Below are positions 9,897 to 19,680 of a stretch of DNA of 64,000 bases, piece by piece. The notes beneath the pieces are model-generated. The model made no database searches. It saw only the letters and a list, made by a program, of their open reading frames with translations, and was not told where the DNA came from. The position numbers were made by a program, and so were the translations under genes. Position 1 is the first letter of the stretch. Each line of letters starts with the position of its first letter. Source of the DNA: Treponemataceae bacterium (GTDB lineage: Bacteria > Spirochaetota > Spirochaetia > Treponematales > Rectinemataceae); contig CAXXVZ010000004.1 in NCBI GenBank assembly GCA_963678065.2, forward strand, positions 704,001-768,000. Direction: 5' to 3'.

Positions 9897-10751
9897 TTAA
9901 TGCTTCATTTTGGGGTCAAGCACATCACGTATGCCATCGCCCAAAAAATTAAAGGCCAGTACGGCGATCATAAGCGCAATGCCCGGAACCAGTACGACCC
10001 ATGGTGCGGTCGCTATATACTCGCGGCCGCTGGCAATCATTACGCCCCATGACGGAGCTGGTGGTGGCACGCCTAGTCCCAGAAAACTGAGGGATGCTTC
10101 GACCAGAATGATGAAACCGAACTGCTGGCTTATAAGAATAATCAGTGGTGTGAGCACATTTGGCAGCACCTGCGAGAACATAATCCTGAAATTCGAAGCC
10201 CCCAGAACCTGTGATGCCTTAATAAATTCCATATTCCGTATACCCATGACGTTGCTACGCACAACACGTGCAAACTGTACCCATGTGGTTATGACTAAAA
10301 CAATGATAAGATTCGGGATGCTCGGTCCAAGCACTGCAGAGACGGCAATCGCGAGTATCAGGCTGGGGATAGATAACTGAACATCCGCTAAACGCATAAT
10401 GACCGTATCCACAATTTTTCCGAAATAGCCGGCAAAGATGCCCAGAACCGTGCCGATAAACGCGCTAATCAACACCGTCGAAGAAGCGATAATCATGGTT
10501 ACCCGGCTGCCTATGATCAAGCGGGTTAAAACATCCCGGCCAAGTTGGTCGGTGCCCAGGATGTGCCCCTTCCAACCATTTTTTAAAAATTCTGGAGGTA
10601 TGAGACGATTCATGAGATTGGCCTTAGTTGGACTATGTACCGTAAGCATCGGCCCGAAAATTGTGACCAGAACCATAAATAGAGCTACAATGAGACCAAT
10701 CATGAAAAATTTGGAACGTGACATTCTACGGGGTAATTCATGCATGTTCAT
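9897..10751 (-). CDS. Peptide ABC permease (DppC-like)
   Basis: HILGTDQLGRD, EASLSFLGLG, FNFLGDGIRD. Confidence 0.95.
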   Translation of the reverse strand: MNMHELPRRMSRSKFFMIGLIVALFMVLVTIFGPMLTVHSPTKANLMNRLIPPEFLKNGWKGHILGTDQLGRDVLTRLIIGSRVTMIIASSTVLISAFIGTVLGIFAGYFGKIVDTVIMRLADVQLSIPSLILAIAVSAVLGPSIPNLIIVLVITTWVQFARVVRSNVMGIRNMEFIKASQVLGASNFRIMFSQVLPNVLTPLIILISQQFGFIILVEASLSFLGLGVPPPAPSWGVMIASGREYIATAPWVVLVPGIALMIAVLAFNFLGDGIRDVLDPKMKH

Positions 10752-10764
10752 TTTTACACCCCAA

Positions 10765-11685
10765 TCAGTTTAGATTCAGGCGGGGATCGGCTATCGTGTA
10801 AAGGATATCGACAACAAGGTTTACAAAGACGAAAAGCGAGGAAACAACAAGCAGAATAGCTTGTACCAAAGGAAAATCGCGGAGGTTGATTGCCTGTATC
10901 GTAAGTGTGCCGATACCAGGCCAACCGAAAATCTGTTCTGTGGCAACAGCTCCACCTAAAAACGAGCCTATCTGTATGCCGATGATTGTAATAACAGGGA
11001 TGATCGCGTTTTTGAATGCATATTTGCAAACGACGGTCAGTTTACTCATGCCTTTGGCATACGTTGACGTGATGTAGTCTTCCTGCAGAATTTCTATCAT
11101 GCCTGAGCGCATCATACGCGTGACAAGCGCAGCCATAGGTGTCCCCAGCGTGATAGCTGGCATTACGAAATTGACAAGCTTTCCATACCCCAGTGCAGGA
11201 AGCCAATGCAGATTGACTGCAAGTACGAGAATGAGCACAAGCCCTATCCATATCGGAGACATCGACTGACCGAGCAGCGCAAAAAGCATCGCCCCGACAT
11301 CAACGCCTGTCCCTCTCTTTGTCCCTGCAATGAGTCCTAAAGGAAGCGAAATAGCAAGCGATAGTAATACAGCCACAAATGTCAGGATTGCAGTGGCCGG
11401 CAAGCGCCCGAAGATAAGGTTGGAGCACGGCTGGGCATAGAAAAGTGAATTGCCAAGATTTCCGCGAAGCACGTCTTTCATATATGTAATGTATTGTTCG
11501 GGTAGCGACCGATCCAGCCCAAGTCTCTTTTCCATCATGGCAACCTGATCAAGTGTGGCGCCATCCGGGAGCATGAGCCGAGCAGGGTTGCCAGGCGTCA
11601 AATGTATCAGTGAGAAAGATATGATGGACACGCCAATAAGTACGAGAATGGCCTGCCACAATCGCTTGAGGAGAAAATGCAGCAT
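10765..11685 (-). CDS. Peptide ABC permease (DppB-like)
   Basis: GNLGNS, EDYITSTYAKG, EQIFGWPGIG, DPR ending; ATG 11685 after GGAGG. Confidence 0.95.
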   Translation of the reverse strand: MLHFLLKRLWQAILVLIGVSIISFSLIHLTPGNPARLMLPDGATLDQVAMMEKRLGLDRSLPEQYITYMKDVLRGNLGNSLFYAQPCSNLIFGRLPATAILTFVAVLLSLAISLPLGLIAGTKRGTGVDVGAMLFALLGQSMSPIWIGLVLILVLAVNLHWLPALGYGKLVNFVMPAITLGTPMAALVTRMMRSGMIEILQEDYITSTYAKGMSKLTVVCKYAFKNAIIPVITIIGIQIGSFLGGAVATEQIFGWPGIGTLTIQAINLRDFPLVQAILLVVSSLFVFVNLVVDILYTIADPRLNLN

Positions 11686-11810
11686 ATTAACCTCCATACG
11701 CATTGCGCATTAAAATAGTGACACCCTCTTTATACTATTGGTTACTGTATATCCCTCATTGTCTGCCTATTGTTTCAAGTTGAAACTAGATTCGATATCT
11801 CGAGGTATCA

Positions 11811-11837
11811 GGGGACCGGCTTCGTTGGCCGGCCCCC
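11811..11837 (-). terminator. Intercistronic GC stem-loop after the peptide SBP gene
   Basis: GGGGACCGGC...GCCGGCCCCC inverted repeat. Confidence 0.5.
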
Positions 11838-11862
11838 AAGAACTTGGGTTACAGACTCATGA

Positions 11863-13362
11863 TTATTTCTTTATAACGTCACTGAAATCAGTTATTCGGT
11901 CCCCATAAATGATTACATTCGATATATTTTTCCTATAGACAATTACACTTTCCAGCTGATAAATGTATGCCCACGGTGCAAGATTTTTATATGCTTCCTC
12001 GGCAGCTTGGCGTAACAGTTCTACACGTTTTTTCAGGTCGGTCTCTCGGTTGGAAGCCAATACTAGATTGTTAAGCGTATCACTCTTTAAACCGGAGTGC
12101 AGGCTGTCTCCTACCCACCGTTGAGTCCAGTTTGTCGCGGGGTCCCCGTATCCATGGGAACAGCCTGTTATATAAAGGTCATACTGCCCCGACATCCGGC
12201 GCTGCTGGAAACCAGCGCCCTCTAGCATTTCGAGGTTTACATTGAAGCCCACATCAGTCAGCATGGATGCGATTGCTTGGAGCACCTCGACGATTCGAGG
12301 GTAGTTGCCGTTCGGGCCGATAAGACGGATAGTTGAGCCGTTATATTTGGATTTACTGAGGTAGTCCTTTGCAAGCTGCACATTGAACTCAGGCACCCTA
12401 CCATTTGGATCAAAACCCATGACCACGCTCGACACAGGCCAGCTGGCGGGTGCACCACCGCCTACGATTTTGTCCACCAATGCCTGGCGGTCAATAGCAT
12501 GATTGACGGCTTTACGTGCGTTGATATCTGAGAAAATACTCTCCGTACAGCGGAAGCCGATATAGATCTGGTCGGTACTCATGACCCTGTCCACTCTGAG
12601 GTTTGAGTCGCGGAGGAGCATGCTTACCTGGTCGGATGGGACGCCGTCTGCCATATCGATATCACCGGTGCGCACAGCGGAGACTCGGGTGGTGTCCTCT
12701 GTAATGGACCTATAGATAATCTTGTCGACGTTTGAGGTCACTTTCCCCCAATAATCAGGATTCCGAACAAATACAACGCGTTGTCCAGGCACCCACTCTA
12801 CGAATTTCCACGGGCCGGAACCTATGTTGTCTTTGAACATATCGACGCCTTTTGCCTGAAAGAGTTTGCCCGGAGTGACTGGGAACTGGCACATGACAGT
12901 CAGGAAATCTCCCTTCTTCTCTGTCAAATAAAATACGACAGTGGTAGGATCCGGCGCTGCAATCTTCTGGAACGCTGTGAAGAGACTGGCACGGATAAGG
13001 GTCTTGTCGTTAATAACACGGTCGAATGTGATCTTGACGTCTGAGGACGTAAGTTTATCACCGTTGGTAAACTTGACATCGTCTCTGAGATTGAAGGTCC
13101 AAACCAAGCCGTCATCGCTAACCTTCCACTTAGTTGCGAGTTGCGGAGTAAAATTGCCTTTATGGTCTGTTCCAATCAGGTAGTTGTAGATAAGTGGGTA
13201 TAACATATAATTGACCATGCTGTTCTGATCAAACGTATCCCACTTCTGAACCTCCTCGGATCGACCATATGTGAATACTACTTCATTTTTCTTCGCCGAG
13301 GTTTGTGCGGAGAGGGATGTTACGATCAAAACCGTCAAAACCAGTAGAATAAATCTTTTCAT
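11863..13362 (-). CDS. Family-5 ABC substrate-binding protein (DppA/OppA-like)
   Basis: Signal peptide MKRFILLVL..., LATKWKVSDDGLVWTFNLR, IGSGPWKF, RKAVNHAIDR. Confidence 0.93.
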   Translation of the reverse strand: MKRFILLVLTVLIVTSLSAQTSAKKNEVVFTYGRSEEVQKWDTFDQNSMVNYMLYPLIYNYLIGTDHKGNFTPQLATKWKVSDDGLVWTFNLRDDVKFTNGDKLTSSDVKITFDRVINDKTLIRASLFTAFQKIAAPDPTTVVFYLTEKKGDFLTVMCQFPVTPGKLFQAKGVDMFKDNIGSGPWKFVEWVPGQRVVFVRNPDYWGKVTSNVDKIIYRSITEDTTRVSAVRTGDIDMADGVPSDQVSMLLRDSNLRVDRVMSTDQIYIGFRCTESIFSDINARKAVNHAIDRQALVDKIVGGGAPASWPVSSVVMGFDPNGRVPEFNVQLAKDYLSKSKYNGSTIRLIGPNGNYPRIVEVLQAIASMLTDVGFNVNLEMLEGAGFQQRRMSGQYDLYITGCSHGYGDPATNWTQRWVGDSLHSGLKSDTLNNLVLASNRETDLKKRVELLRQAAEEAYKNLAPWAYIYQLESVIVYRKNISNVIIYGDRITDFSDVIKK

Positions 13363-13446
13363 TCTAAGTCCCCCTTGAAAAATTTTCGAAGTCTGAAATG
13401 AACAATCAAGATTCAACTGATAACCTCCTTATTGCCTTTTACTCAC

Positions 13447-14268
13447 CTATGCCAGTCCCCACAGAGAACGCACTATATTTGCTGAATCTGCGATGCCATC
13501 AATTGTTGTACTTACACAATCTTCAATGCAAAGCCATCCGTTAAACCCTCTGGACTTCAACAGTGAAAAAGTGTCCCTGATGGGAGCAAGGCCATTACCA
13601 ATCTTTGTAGGCGTAAGTTTACCGACAGTTGAGGTGTCTGCAACGTGAACAGTCTCAACCCTTTCAATAACTTTGGAGAGTATCTCCATGGTATCGTCTC
13701 CATACGCCAGTACGTTGGCCGTATCAAAGTTTACTTTGATGCCGGTTTCAGAAAGTCCTGCGACAATTTCAAGAAAGATATCAGAAGGGTGTGAAAAGTC
13801 GGTATATTGCCAGGCCGAAGGTTTGGAATGGTTTTCATACACCAGAGTCACTCCGAAACGCGAGGCGAACTCATCCGCTTTTTTAAGGCTAAAGAGTACA
13901 TTGCACACACTTTCCGAGCGCCTTATATGTGGATGCGCCTGTCCGGCCAAGACCCTGACATAACGTGCACCCAGTTCCGAACTGAGTGCGATATCACTGC
14001 ATAGGTAAGCGAATTCACGTTCACGCTGTACCGGATCAGGATGAGTGAAATCAGGATAAGAGACGACCATTACGATGGGAGTCTTTATTGTTTTCAAACT
14101 CTTAATAATAGGCGCAAGATGGGCTGGTGAATGATTTTTTAAAAAATGTGTACTAATATCCACGCCATCCAAACCGCCCGTGACACCGCTTGAAGCCCAA
14201 CAGGGAATATCCATCTCGCCGCGCAAAAACAAGGGGAACATTGCTACAGGCAGACAACTTACTTTCAT
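13447..14268 (-). CDS. Sugar phosphate isomerase/epimerase, xylose-isomerase-like TIM barrel
   Basis: YENH, NFDTAN, HVAD, WLCIE metal-ligand pattern. Confidence 0.85.
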   Translation of the reverse strand: MKVSCLPVAMFPLFLRGEMDIPCWASSGVTGGLDGVDISTHFLKNHSPAHLAPIIKSLKTIKTPIVMVVSYPDFTHPDPVQREREFAYLCSDIALSSELGARYVRVLAGQAHPHIRRSESVCNVLFSLKKADEFASRFGVTLVYENHSKPSAWQYTDFSHPSDIFLEIVAGLSETGIKVNFDTANVLAYGDDTMEILSKVIERVETVHVADTSTVGKLTPTKIGNGLAPIRDTFSLLKSRGFNGWLCIEDCVSTTIDGIADSANIVRSLWGLA

Positions 14269-14306
14269 CAGGCCTCCCTTACTCGTAAAGCCATAGGGTT
14301 CAACTT

Positions 14307-15014
14307 TTACATGATCTTGTCCTGTCGCTCCAATGCCGCCCTGATATTATTCTCGATATGCTGTTGCATCACCATAGAAGCCTTTTCTGGTTCCCTGTTT
14401 TTGATATGCTCAAAAATCTGGGTATGAAACTCAACGCCATTCGTATAACCGGTTATGGCAGTGGTATGTTCCATAGCAAGGTTCATCATTTCACCAAGAA
14501 TACTAATGGTCTTTATTACCATACTGTTCTTTGTACTTATTGCTAATAACATGTGAAAATGCTGGTCTTCCAAAGCATAAGCTTTCATATCGTTTTTCCG
14601 TACACATTCCATCTGGTTTTTCACACTCGATCCAAGCGCTTCAACATCCTCTGCTCGTGCCTTGAGTGCTGCATAGAATGTTATTGATGGTTCAATGATC
14701 TTTCTAAATTCTTGCACTTCCAGATACGCGGGCGTTTCCATAATGAAGAGCTGTCGAAGGTTTCCGAAAAAACCATCTGGTAGAACTTCGTTGACATAAG
14801 TTCCCTCACCGTGCTTCGTGGTTAGGATGCCTTGACCAACAAGTTGAGAAATTGCGTGCCTTACTGAAGTGCGACTGACGTTGAACTGGCTTGCAAGATC
14901 AAATTCACTCGGTATTTTTTGCTTCGCGAGCCACGCGTTGCTTTTGATCTGTTCTACTATAAAATCGCTGATTAATTCGCTTTTACGTTTATCGCTTATT
15001 GGACTAATATTCAT
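14307..15014 (-). CDS. GntR/FadR-family transcriptional regulator
   Basis: KIPSEFDLASQFNVSRTSVRHA wHTH, GEGTYV, FCD domain with DQHFH. Confidence 0.93.
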   Translation of the reverse strand: MNISPISDKRKSELISDFIVEQIKSNAWLAKQKIPSEFDLASQFNVSRTSVRHAISQLVGQGILTTKHGEGTYVNEVLPDGFFGNLRQLFIMETPAYLEVQEFRKIIEPSITFYAALKARAEDVEALGSSVKNQMECVRKNDMKAYALEDQHFHMLLAISTKNSMVIKTISILGEMMNLAMEHTTAITGYTNGVEFHTQIFEHIKNREPEKASMVMQQHIENNIRAALERQDKIM

Positions 15015-15048
15015 TCACTGCCTCCTCTTTCAAGTTCGTTCCATATCT

Positions 15049-16368
15049 CTACACAAGATTTTCTTTTTTCATTGCTAAGAGAACATCTTCCATCACATTT
15101 AGTGTTCTATTGAGATCTTCCTTGGTGTGCTGAATTGAAAAACCATGATGCGAGGGTCCACCGCCATAATCATGGAAATAGACTCCCTTGGAAATACAGT
15201 CACGAATGAATCTCAGCATTGTCTCTGGTTTGTGTGTGAACGTGTCTTCGTAGCGTTGCGGTGGTGTAGTCCTGCCAAAAACAAGATTAAATCTTGCTCC
15301 ATGATGCATAAGTACCAAGTTGAGATTAAGCTCCTTTATAATGTGATCAATGCCTGAGAAAAGTTGTTTACCGAGTTTTTCAAGTGTTGGATAGAAATCC
15401 GGTTTTTCGGCTTCTTCCATAAATGCAAGTCCAGCCATAACCGATACAAGATGCGCATTAAATGTTCCACTATGCTGGGTTTTCCCGACGGGTTTAACAG
15501 TGTTCATGATGTCATAACGGCCACACATCGCCGATAGCGGCAAGCCGCCTCCAAGAGCTTTTCCGATCGTGCATACATCCGGAATTACCCCAAAATCCTG
15601 TTGCGCTCCACCAATAGACTTTTTAAACGAACTCTGTATCTCATCAAAAAACAGTAGAATTCCTTCGCGTGCTGTAACCTCGCGCACATACTCCAGATAA
15701 CCTGGTTCTGGCATAATTCCACCGCTATTAAAATTAATAGGCTCCAGAATTAATAGTGCTGTGTCTTTGCCGTGTCTTTCCACTGCCGCGTCAAAAGCGG
15801 CTTTATCATTAAATGGGATAGGAACTATAAGCTGTGCAAATTCTTCAGGTATTCCCGGACTCTCGATATAGGGCCTAATACGATTTTGTGGAAACTCTGA
15901 TTGTGGCACCTGTCCGCCTATATAAATCAATTCATGGTAACCATGAAAATGTCCTTCAATCCGAATAATCTTTTTTCTGCCGGTAAATGCCCGGCAAACT
16001 CGTATCAGATGCAGTGTGGCTTCAGAGCCTGAATTGACAAACCGCACTTTATCGGCACATGGAATGCAATTGCATACCTTGCGGGCCAGCATTTCATGGT
16101 ATTCGGTTTCAAAGGCATTAACAAAACCTATGTCCATTGTTTTTTGCATTGCTTTCTTGATTGCTGGGTGTGCATTTCCAAGTAGCCCTGCTCCATGAGC
16201 ACAACACATATCTATGTAAGGCTTATTGTCCAGATCGTAGAGAATACTACCCTCACCTCGCGATACATAAAACGGAGTGCCGATTGCCTTATTGAAACGA
16301 ACAGATGAATTCACACCCCCTGGCATCACTTCAGATGCTTTTAGATACTGCAGCATTTGACTATTCAT
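15049..16368 (-). CDS. Class III PLP aminotransferase, glutamate-1-semialdehyde aminomutase (HemL)-like
   Basis: MPGGVNSSVR, NSGSEAT, FHG, FDEI, GKALGGGLP; HSGTFN instead of HemL QAGTLSGNP. Confidence 0.88.
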   Translation of the reverse strand: MNSQMLQYLKASEVMPGGVNSSVRFNKAIGTPFYVSRGEGSILYDLDNKPYIDMCCAHGAGLLGNAHPAIKKAMQKTMDIGFVNAFETEYHEMLARKVCNCIPCADKVRFVNSGSEATLHLIRVCRAFTGRKKIIRIEGHFHGYHELIYIGGQVPQSEFPQNRIRPYIESPGIPEEFAQLIVPIPFNDKAAFDAAVERHGKDTALLILEPINFNSGGIMPEPGYLEYVREVTAREGILLFFDEIQSSFKKSIGGAQQDFGVIPDVCTIGKALGGGLPLSAMCGRYDIMNTVKPVGKTQHSGTFNAHLVSVMAGLAFMEEAEKPDFYPTLEKLGKQLFSGIDHIIKELNLNLVLMHHGARFNLVFGRTTPPQRYEDTFTHKPETMLRFIRDCISKGVYFHDYGGGPSHHGFSIQHTKEDLNRTLNVMEDVLLAMKKENLV

Positions 16369-16405
16369 TTGTCTCTACCTCACTCATTTAGACTTATAGA
16401 TTTCT

Positions 16406-17440
16406 TTATACTTCGTAAGTCTCTAGCGGCTGCCACCCTGCCTCGTGAAACTGAAGTAGTGTCCTTTGCGTCGGGGCATAGCCGATGAACTCTCTGGGAT
16501 CAAGGCCATCAGGCTCGTAGGCACGGGCAAAATCACGAATTGTCATCAGACGGTTTATGATTTCCGGTTTAATTGGAATATCTACATTTTCTCTGAATGG
16601 CTCTGCAAACGCAGTACTGAGCTCTTGAATTTTGGGGCTGATTGAAAAAAGCATATCCCCTCCAGCAAGTTCCGCTGCTTGCTCCTTGGTACGCAATCCA
16701 GACGGCAACAAAATGGCCTTGTATCTTTTTTCGCGGAATAAGCCATAGGCACGCTTCGTGACTGCCACACCCGCTAAAAGAATGTCGTCCTCTCTAGCCT
16801 TTGAGCGATTATCGGCATTCGCTTCACGAAGATAATCATCAAGGCGCCCGATCATGATAACCGCATAGCATCTGCCAGGTTCGATGCCATTTGCTCTGGA
16901 GTGCACCACCGCTTTTTCATAACGCTCAGCGACTGCAACTGCCTGCGATACGGTAAACCCTAGTGTCATGACCACAGTCATTCCAAGCGCAACACATTCT
17001 TCCATTGTATCCAGTGCTGCATTTGTAACAGGCAGCTTGACTGCAATGTTTGGTGCCCATGTCTGAAGGCGCTTAGCCATCTTTAGCATGCTATCAGAAT
17101 CAAATGCCTTATCAGGTGCTACCTGAGCACATACGCGGCCTAGCAGTCCGCCTGTCTTTTTATAAATGGGCTCCACCATAGAAGCAATCTCACAGGTGAT
17201 GATGCGAACGATCTCCTCAGCTTTTTCGCTGCCTTTGAGTGTCTTTGGCATGCTTTTTAGTTTTGGACTCCAATAATTACTGCTTCCAAAAAGCGCCATT
17301 TTTACGAGAAGCGGATTCAGTGTTACGCCAGAAGCGCCATTCTCAAGTGCAGTCCTGATTTCATCAAGATTCCCCGAATCATTCCACCAATAAGACTTTG
17401 TCTTTGTGGCCATCCATTGTAAAAAGATGTTCTTTCCCAA
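16406..17440 (-). CDS. Transaldolase/FSA-family protein, atypical active site
   Basis: WNDS, GVTLNP, AVKLP Schiff-base Lys, IGRLDD; TTG start. Confidence 0.85.
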   Translation of the reverse strand: MGKNIFLQWMATKTKSYWWNDSGNLDEIRTALENGASGVTLNPLLVKMALFGSSNYWSPKLKSMPKTLKGSEKAEEIVRIITCEIASMVEPIYKKTGGLLGRVCAQVAPDKAFDSDSMLKMAKRLQTWAPNIAVKLPVTNAALDTMEECVALGMTVVMTLGFTVSQAVAVAERYEKAVVHSRANGIEPGRCYAVIMIGRLDDYLREANADNRSKAREDDILLAGVAVTKRAYGLFREKRYKAILLPSGLRTKEQAAELAGGDMLFSISPKIQELSTAFAEPFRENVDIPIKPEIINRLMTIRDFARAYEPDGLDPREFIGYAPTQRTLLQFHEAGWQPLETYEV

Positions 17441-17454
17441 ATTCTCACCTCGCT

Positions 17455-18360
17455 CTATTGTTTCCTGCGCACTTCCACACCTGAGAGTTTTTCATAGTAT
17501 TGGATCAATCCGCCGTGGTCGTTGCCGCCCTTGCCCTCTGCCTGCAACTGTTCCATATAGGACAATATTTCTTTTGTAAGCGGGATGGAAACGTTCTCCG
17601 CCTGTGCGGCTTCCATAGCATTCTTCAAGTCCTTGATGTGAAGCGCAATACGAAAACCGGGTTTAAAATTGCCTTCCAAGATCATTGGTACCTTGGCGTT
17701 CATAACCGTACTGCCTGCCAGCCCGCCTTTTATAGCACTAAAAACTTTTTCGGGATCTATGCCCGATTTTACCGCCAAGGTGAATGCTTCGCCTAAGGCT
17801 GCAATATTCATGGCGACCACGATTTGATTGGCAAGCTTTGTGATGCTCCCTGCGCCAACTTCCCCGATCAGAACAGCAGAGGCTCCCATGACAAGCAACA
17901 ATTCCCTTATTTTTTCGAAATCTTTTTCACAACCACCTGCCATAATGGCAAGCGAACCATCGATTGCCTTAGGTTCACCGCCACTTACTGGACAGTCCAA
18001 GTATGAGACATTGAGCTGTCGTGCTTCTTCTGCAATTTCTTTAGCTGCAACCGACGAAATGGAGCTCATATCCGCCACGATAGTGCCCGGGCGTGCACCC
18101 TTAAGAATCCCTTCTGCGCCGCACATTACTTCTCTGACGTTTGGAGAATTGGGTAACATTGTAATGATTACACCATCACAACGCTCCGCCACCTCTTTTG
18201 GCGTCGATGCCTTCCCTGCGCCCCTTCGTGCCAACTCTTCCATCCCTGCGGGCACAATATCAAAGACAACAAGACTATATCCGGCCAACAAGAGATTTAT
18301 TGCCATCGGCTTACCCATAATTCCCAAACCAATAAACCCGATTGTCCCATAATTGCTCAT
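17455..18360 (-). CDS. garR: 2-hydroxy-3-oxopropionate (tartronate semialdehyde) reductase-like beta-hydroxyacid dehydrogenase
   Basis: GFIGLGIMG, DCPVSGGEPKA, KLANQ, FKPGFRIALHIKDL. Confidence 0.82.
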   Translation of the reverse strand: MSNYGTIGFIGLGIMGKPMAINLLLAGYSLVVFDIVPAGMEELARRGAGKASTPKEVAERCDGVIITMLPNSPNVREVMCGAEGILKGARPGTIVADMSSISSVAAKEIAEEARQLNVSYLDCPVSGGEPKAIDGSLAIMAGGCEKDFEKIRELLLVMGASAVLIGEVGAGSITKLANQIVVAMNIAALGEAFTLAVKSGIDPEKVFSAIKGGLAGSTVMNAKVPMILEGNFKPGFRIALHIKDLKNAMEAAQAENVSIPLTKEILSYMEQLQAEGKGGNDHGGLIQYYEKLSGVEVRRKQ

Positions 18361-18387
18361 ATATTTTCCCTTTCCTTCGCGATTTAG

Positions 18388-18405
18388 ATGTACGATGTCA
18401 TACAA
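18388..18405. promoter_or_regulatory. Putative GntR/FadR operator, copy 1
   Basis: ATGTACGATGTCATACAA just upstream of the garR-like start; matches 19611-19628. Confidence 0.55.
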
Positions 18406-18498
18406 GTAATTATGTACCATTACCTACTAACAATATTTCTTAATGGAACATACATTCCATTATCAGGGCTTATTACAAATGCCAAAATTCCGATTGAA

Positions 18499-19572
18499 TC
18501 ATTTATCCAGTTTTTTCTTGATATATTCGCTTACAACCGAGGCATCCTCCAAGGTATCAGTCGAGATGTGAAGAAACAGGCCTGCTGCAGGAAGGATTTC
18601 AAGAATGTTGTCCAATTCAACAAAAGAAAAACTGCCAGAAAAAAACAACTTTTTCTTTTTAAGTATTCTTGTGAGATATGGAAGCATTTCATCAACCGAC
18701 GGGCCTCCGACATCTTTTTGAGTCTGCACAACACCCAGGTTCTCAATACTCAGCAAATTATCAAGTATCATAAATGAGGCCGGGTGTATGTGGAAATACG
18801 AATAGTTAAATTCCGAACAGATCTTGTCATGACAGGTCTTTAAGTATCTTTCGAATGCCCATGGAGATGCGATTGCCGTCAGGTCGTCCTGATAATGCAT
18901 CATATACTTATCAGGCGCCCAGATATCCGCTATCGAGCCGCCGTAAAATGGATTTATATATTCATACTGGAGTTTAATAAGCGAAATAAAATCATCGCAC
19001 AAAATGTTTACGAAGGTCTCAACTTCGACTGGATTATCATACAAAGCAAATATCATCTGTGTCTGCCCTAAAACAGCACCGAGGCAATCCAAAAGTCCCC
19101 TCAGAATAGACGACTGGGCAACCGGGAACCTTCCCCCTGATAGTTTCTTCAATTGAGTGAGAAATTCACAGTATTTTTTTACCCATACGCCATCAAAGTC
19201 AATTCGCGCTTTTCCAAGTTCATTGGGCGCAGCTATACATGGCTCGGATACAAAGCTGTTGTTGCCCGGGAAAATCCTGCATCCGAGCATGGCCTCAATC
19301 CACGGTATGGCTGCGTACGGTTCGGCAGCCCAAAAGGAATCATTACAGGAAATATTCTCGGATACATTGTACATTCTTTCGTAATCAGGCAAAAATTCTT
19401 CAACATTCAACATATCCGGTGTTATGTTTTTCCCCACCGAAAGGAGTTTTTCTGATACCGAAAAACAATCCGTCGGGAAAATACTACCAACTCTTAATTG
19501 TATAACTGGTCTTTCATTGGCATGTAGCCAAAATGCTTTTTGAAGTTCGATTTTCCTCCCAACATCCACCAT
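18499..19572 (-). CDS. Uroporphyrinogen-decarboxylase/MtaA-like fold protein (divergent)
   Basis: PWIEAMLGC, GLLDCLGAVLG, ALYDNP, QDD...SP..FERY, FHIH; typical of URO-D-like family. Confidence 0.7.
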   Translation of the reverse strand: MVDVGRKIELQKAFWLHANERPVIQLRVGSIFPTDCFSVSEKLLSVGKNITPDMLNVEEFLPDYERMYNVSENISCNDSFWAAEPYAAIPWIEAMLGCRIFPGNNSFVSEPCIAAPNELGKARIDFDGVWVKKYCEFLTQLKKLSGGRFPVAQSSILRGLLDCLGAVLGQTQMIFALYDNPVEVETFVNILCDDFISLIKLQYEYINPFYGGSIADIWAPDKYMMHYQDDLTAIASPWAFERYLKTCHDKICSEFNYSYFHIHPASFMILDNLLSIENLGVVQTQKDVGGPSVDEMLPYLTRILKKKKLFFSGSFSFVELDNILEILPAAGLFLHISTDTLEDASVVSEYIKKKLDK

Positions 19573-19610
19573 GTTTGCCTACTCCTTTCTTTTCAGAAGG
19601 CAAATACATC

Positions 19611-19628
19611 TTGTATGATGTGATACAA
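19611..19628. promoter_or_regulatory. Putative GntR/FadR operator, copy 2
   Basis: TTGTAT-GATGTG-ATACAA palindrome upstream of the island's first gene; TTGACA on the minus strand at 19663-19668. Confidence 0.6.
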
Positions 19629-19680
19629 CCTATAATCTATGGTTATCATGGTTTTTTTATTGTGTCAAGCATTTTTTTCA

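Noticed and set aside
15049..19572. Possible haem biosynthesis cluster (hemL + hemE)
   Set aside because: Both proteins diverge from the true enzymes' motifs, no other hem genes are present, and the neighbours are catabolic
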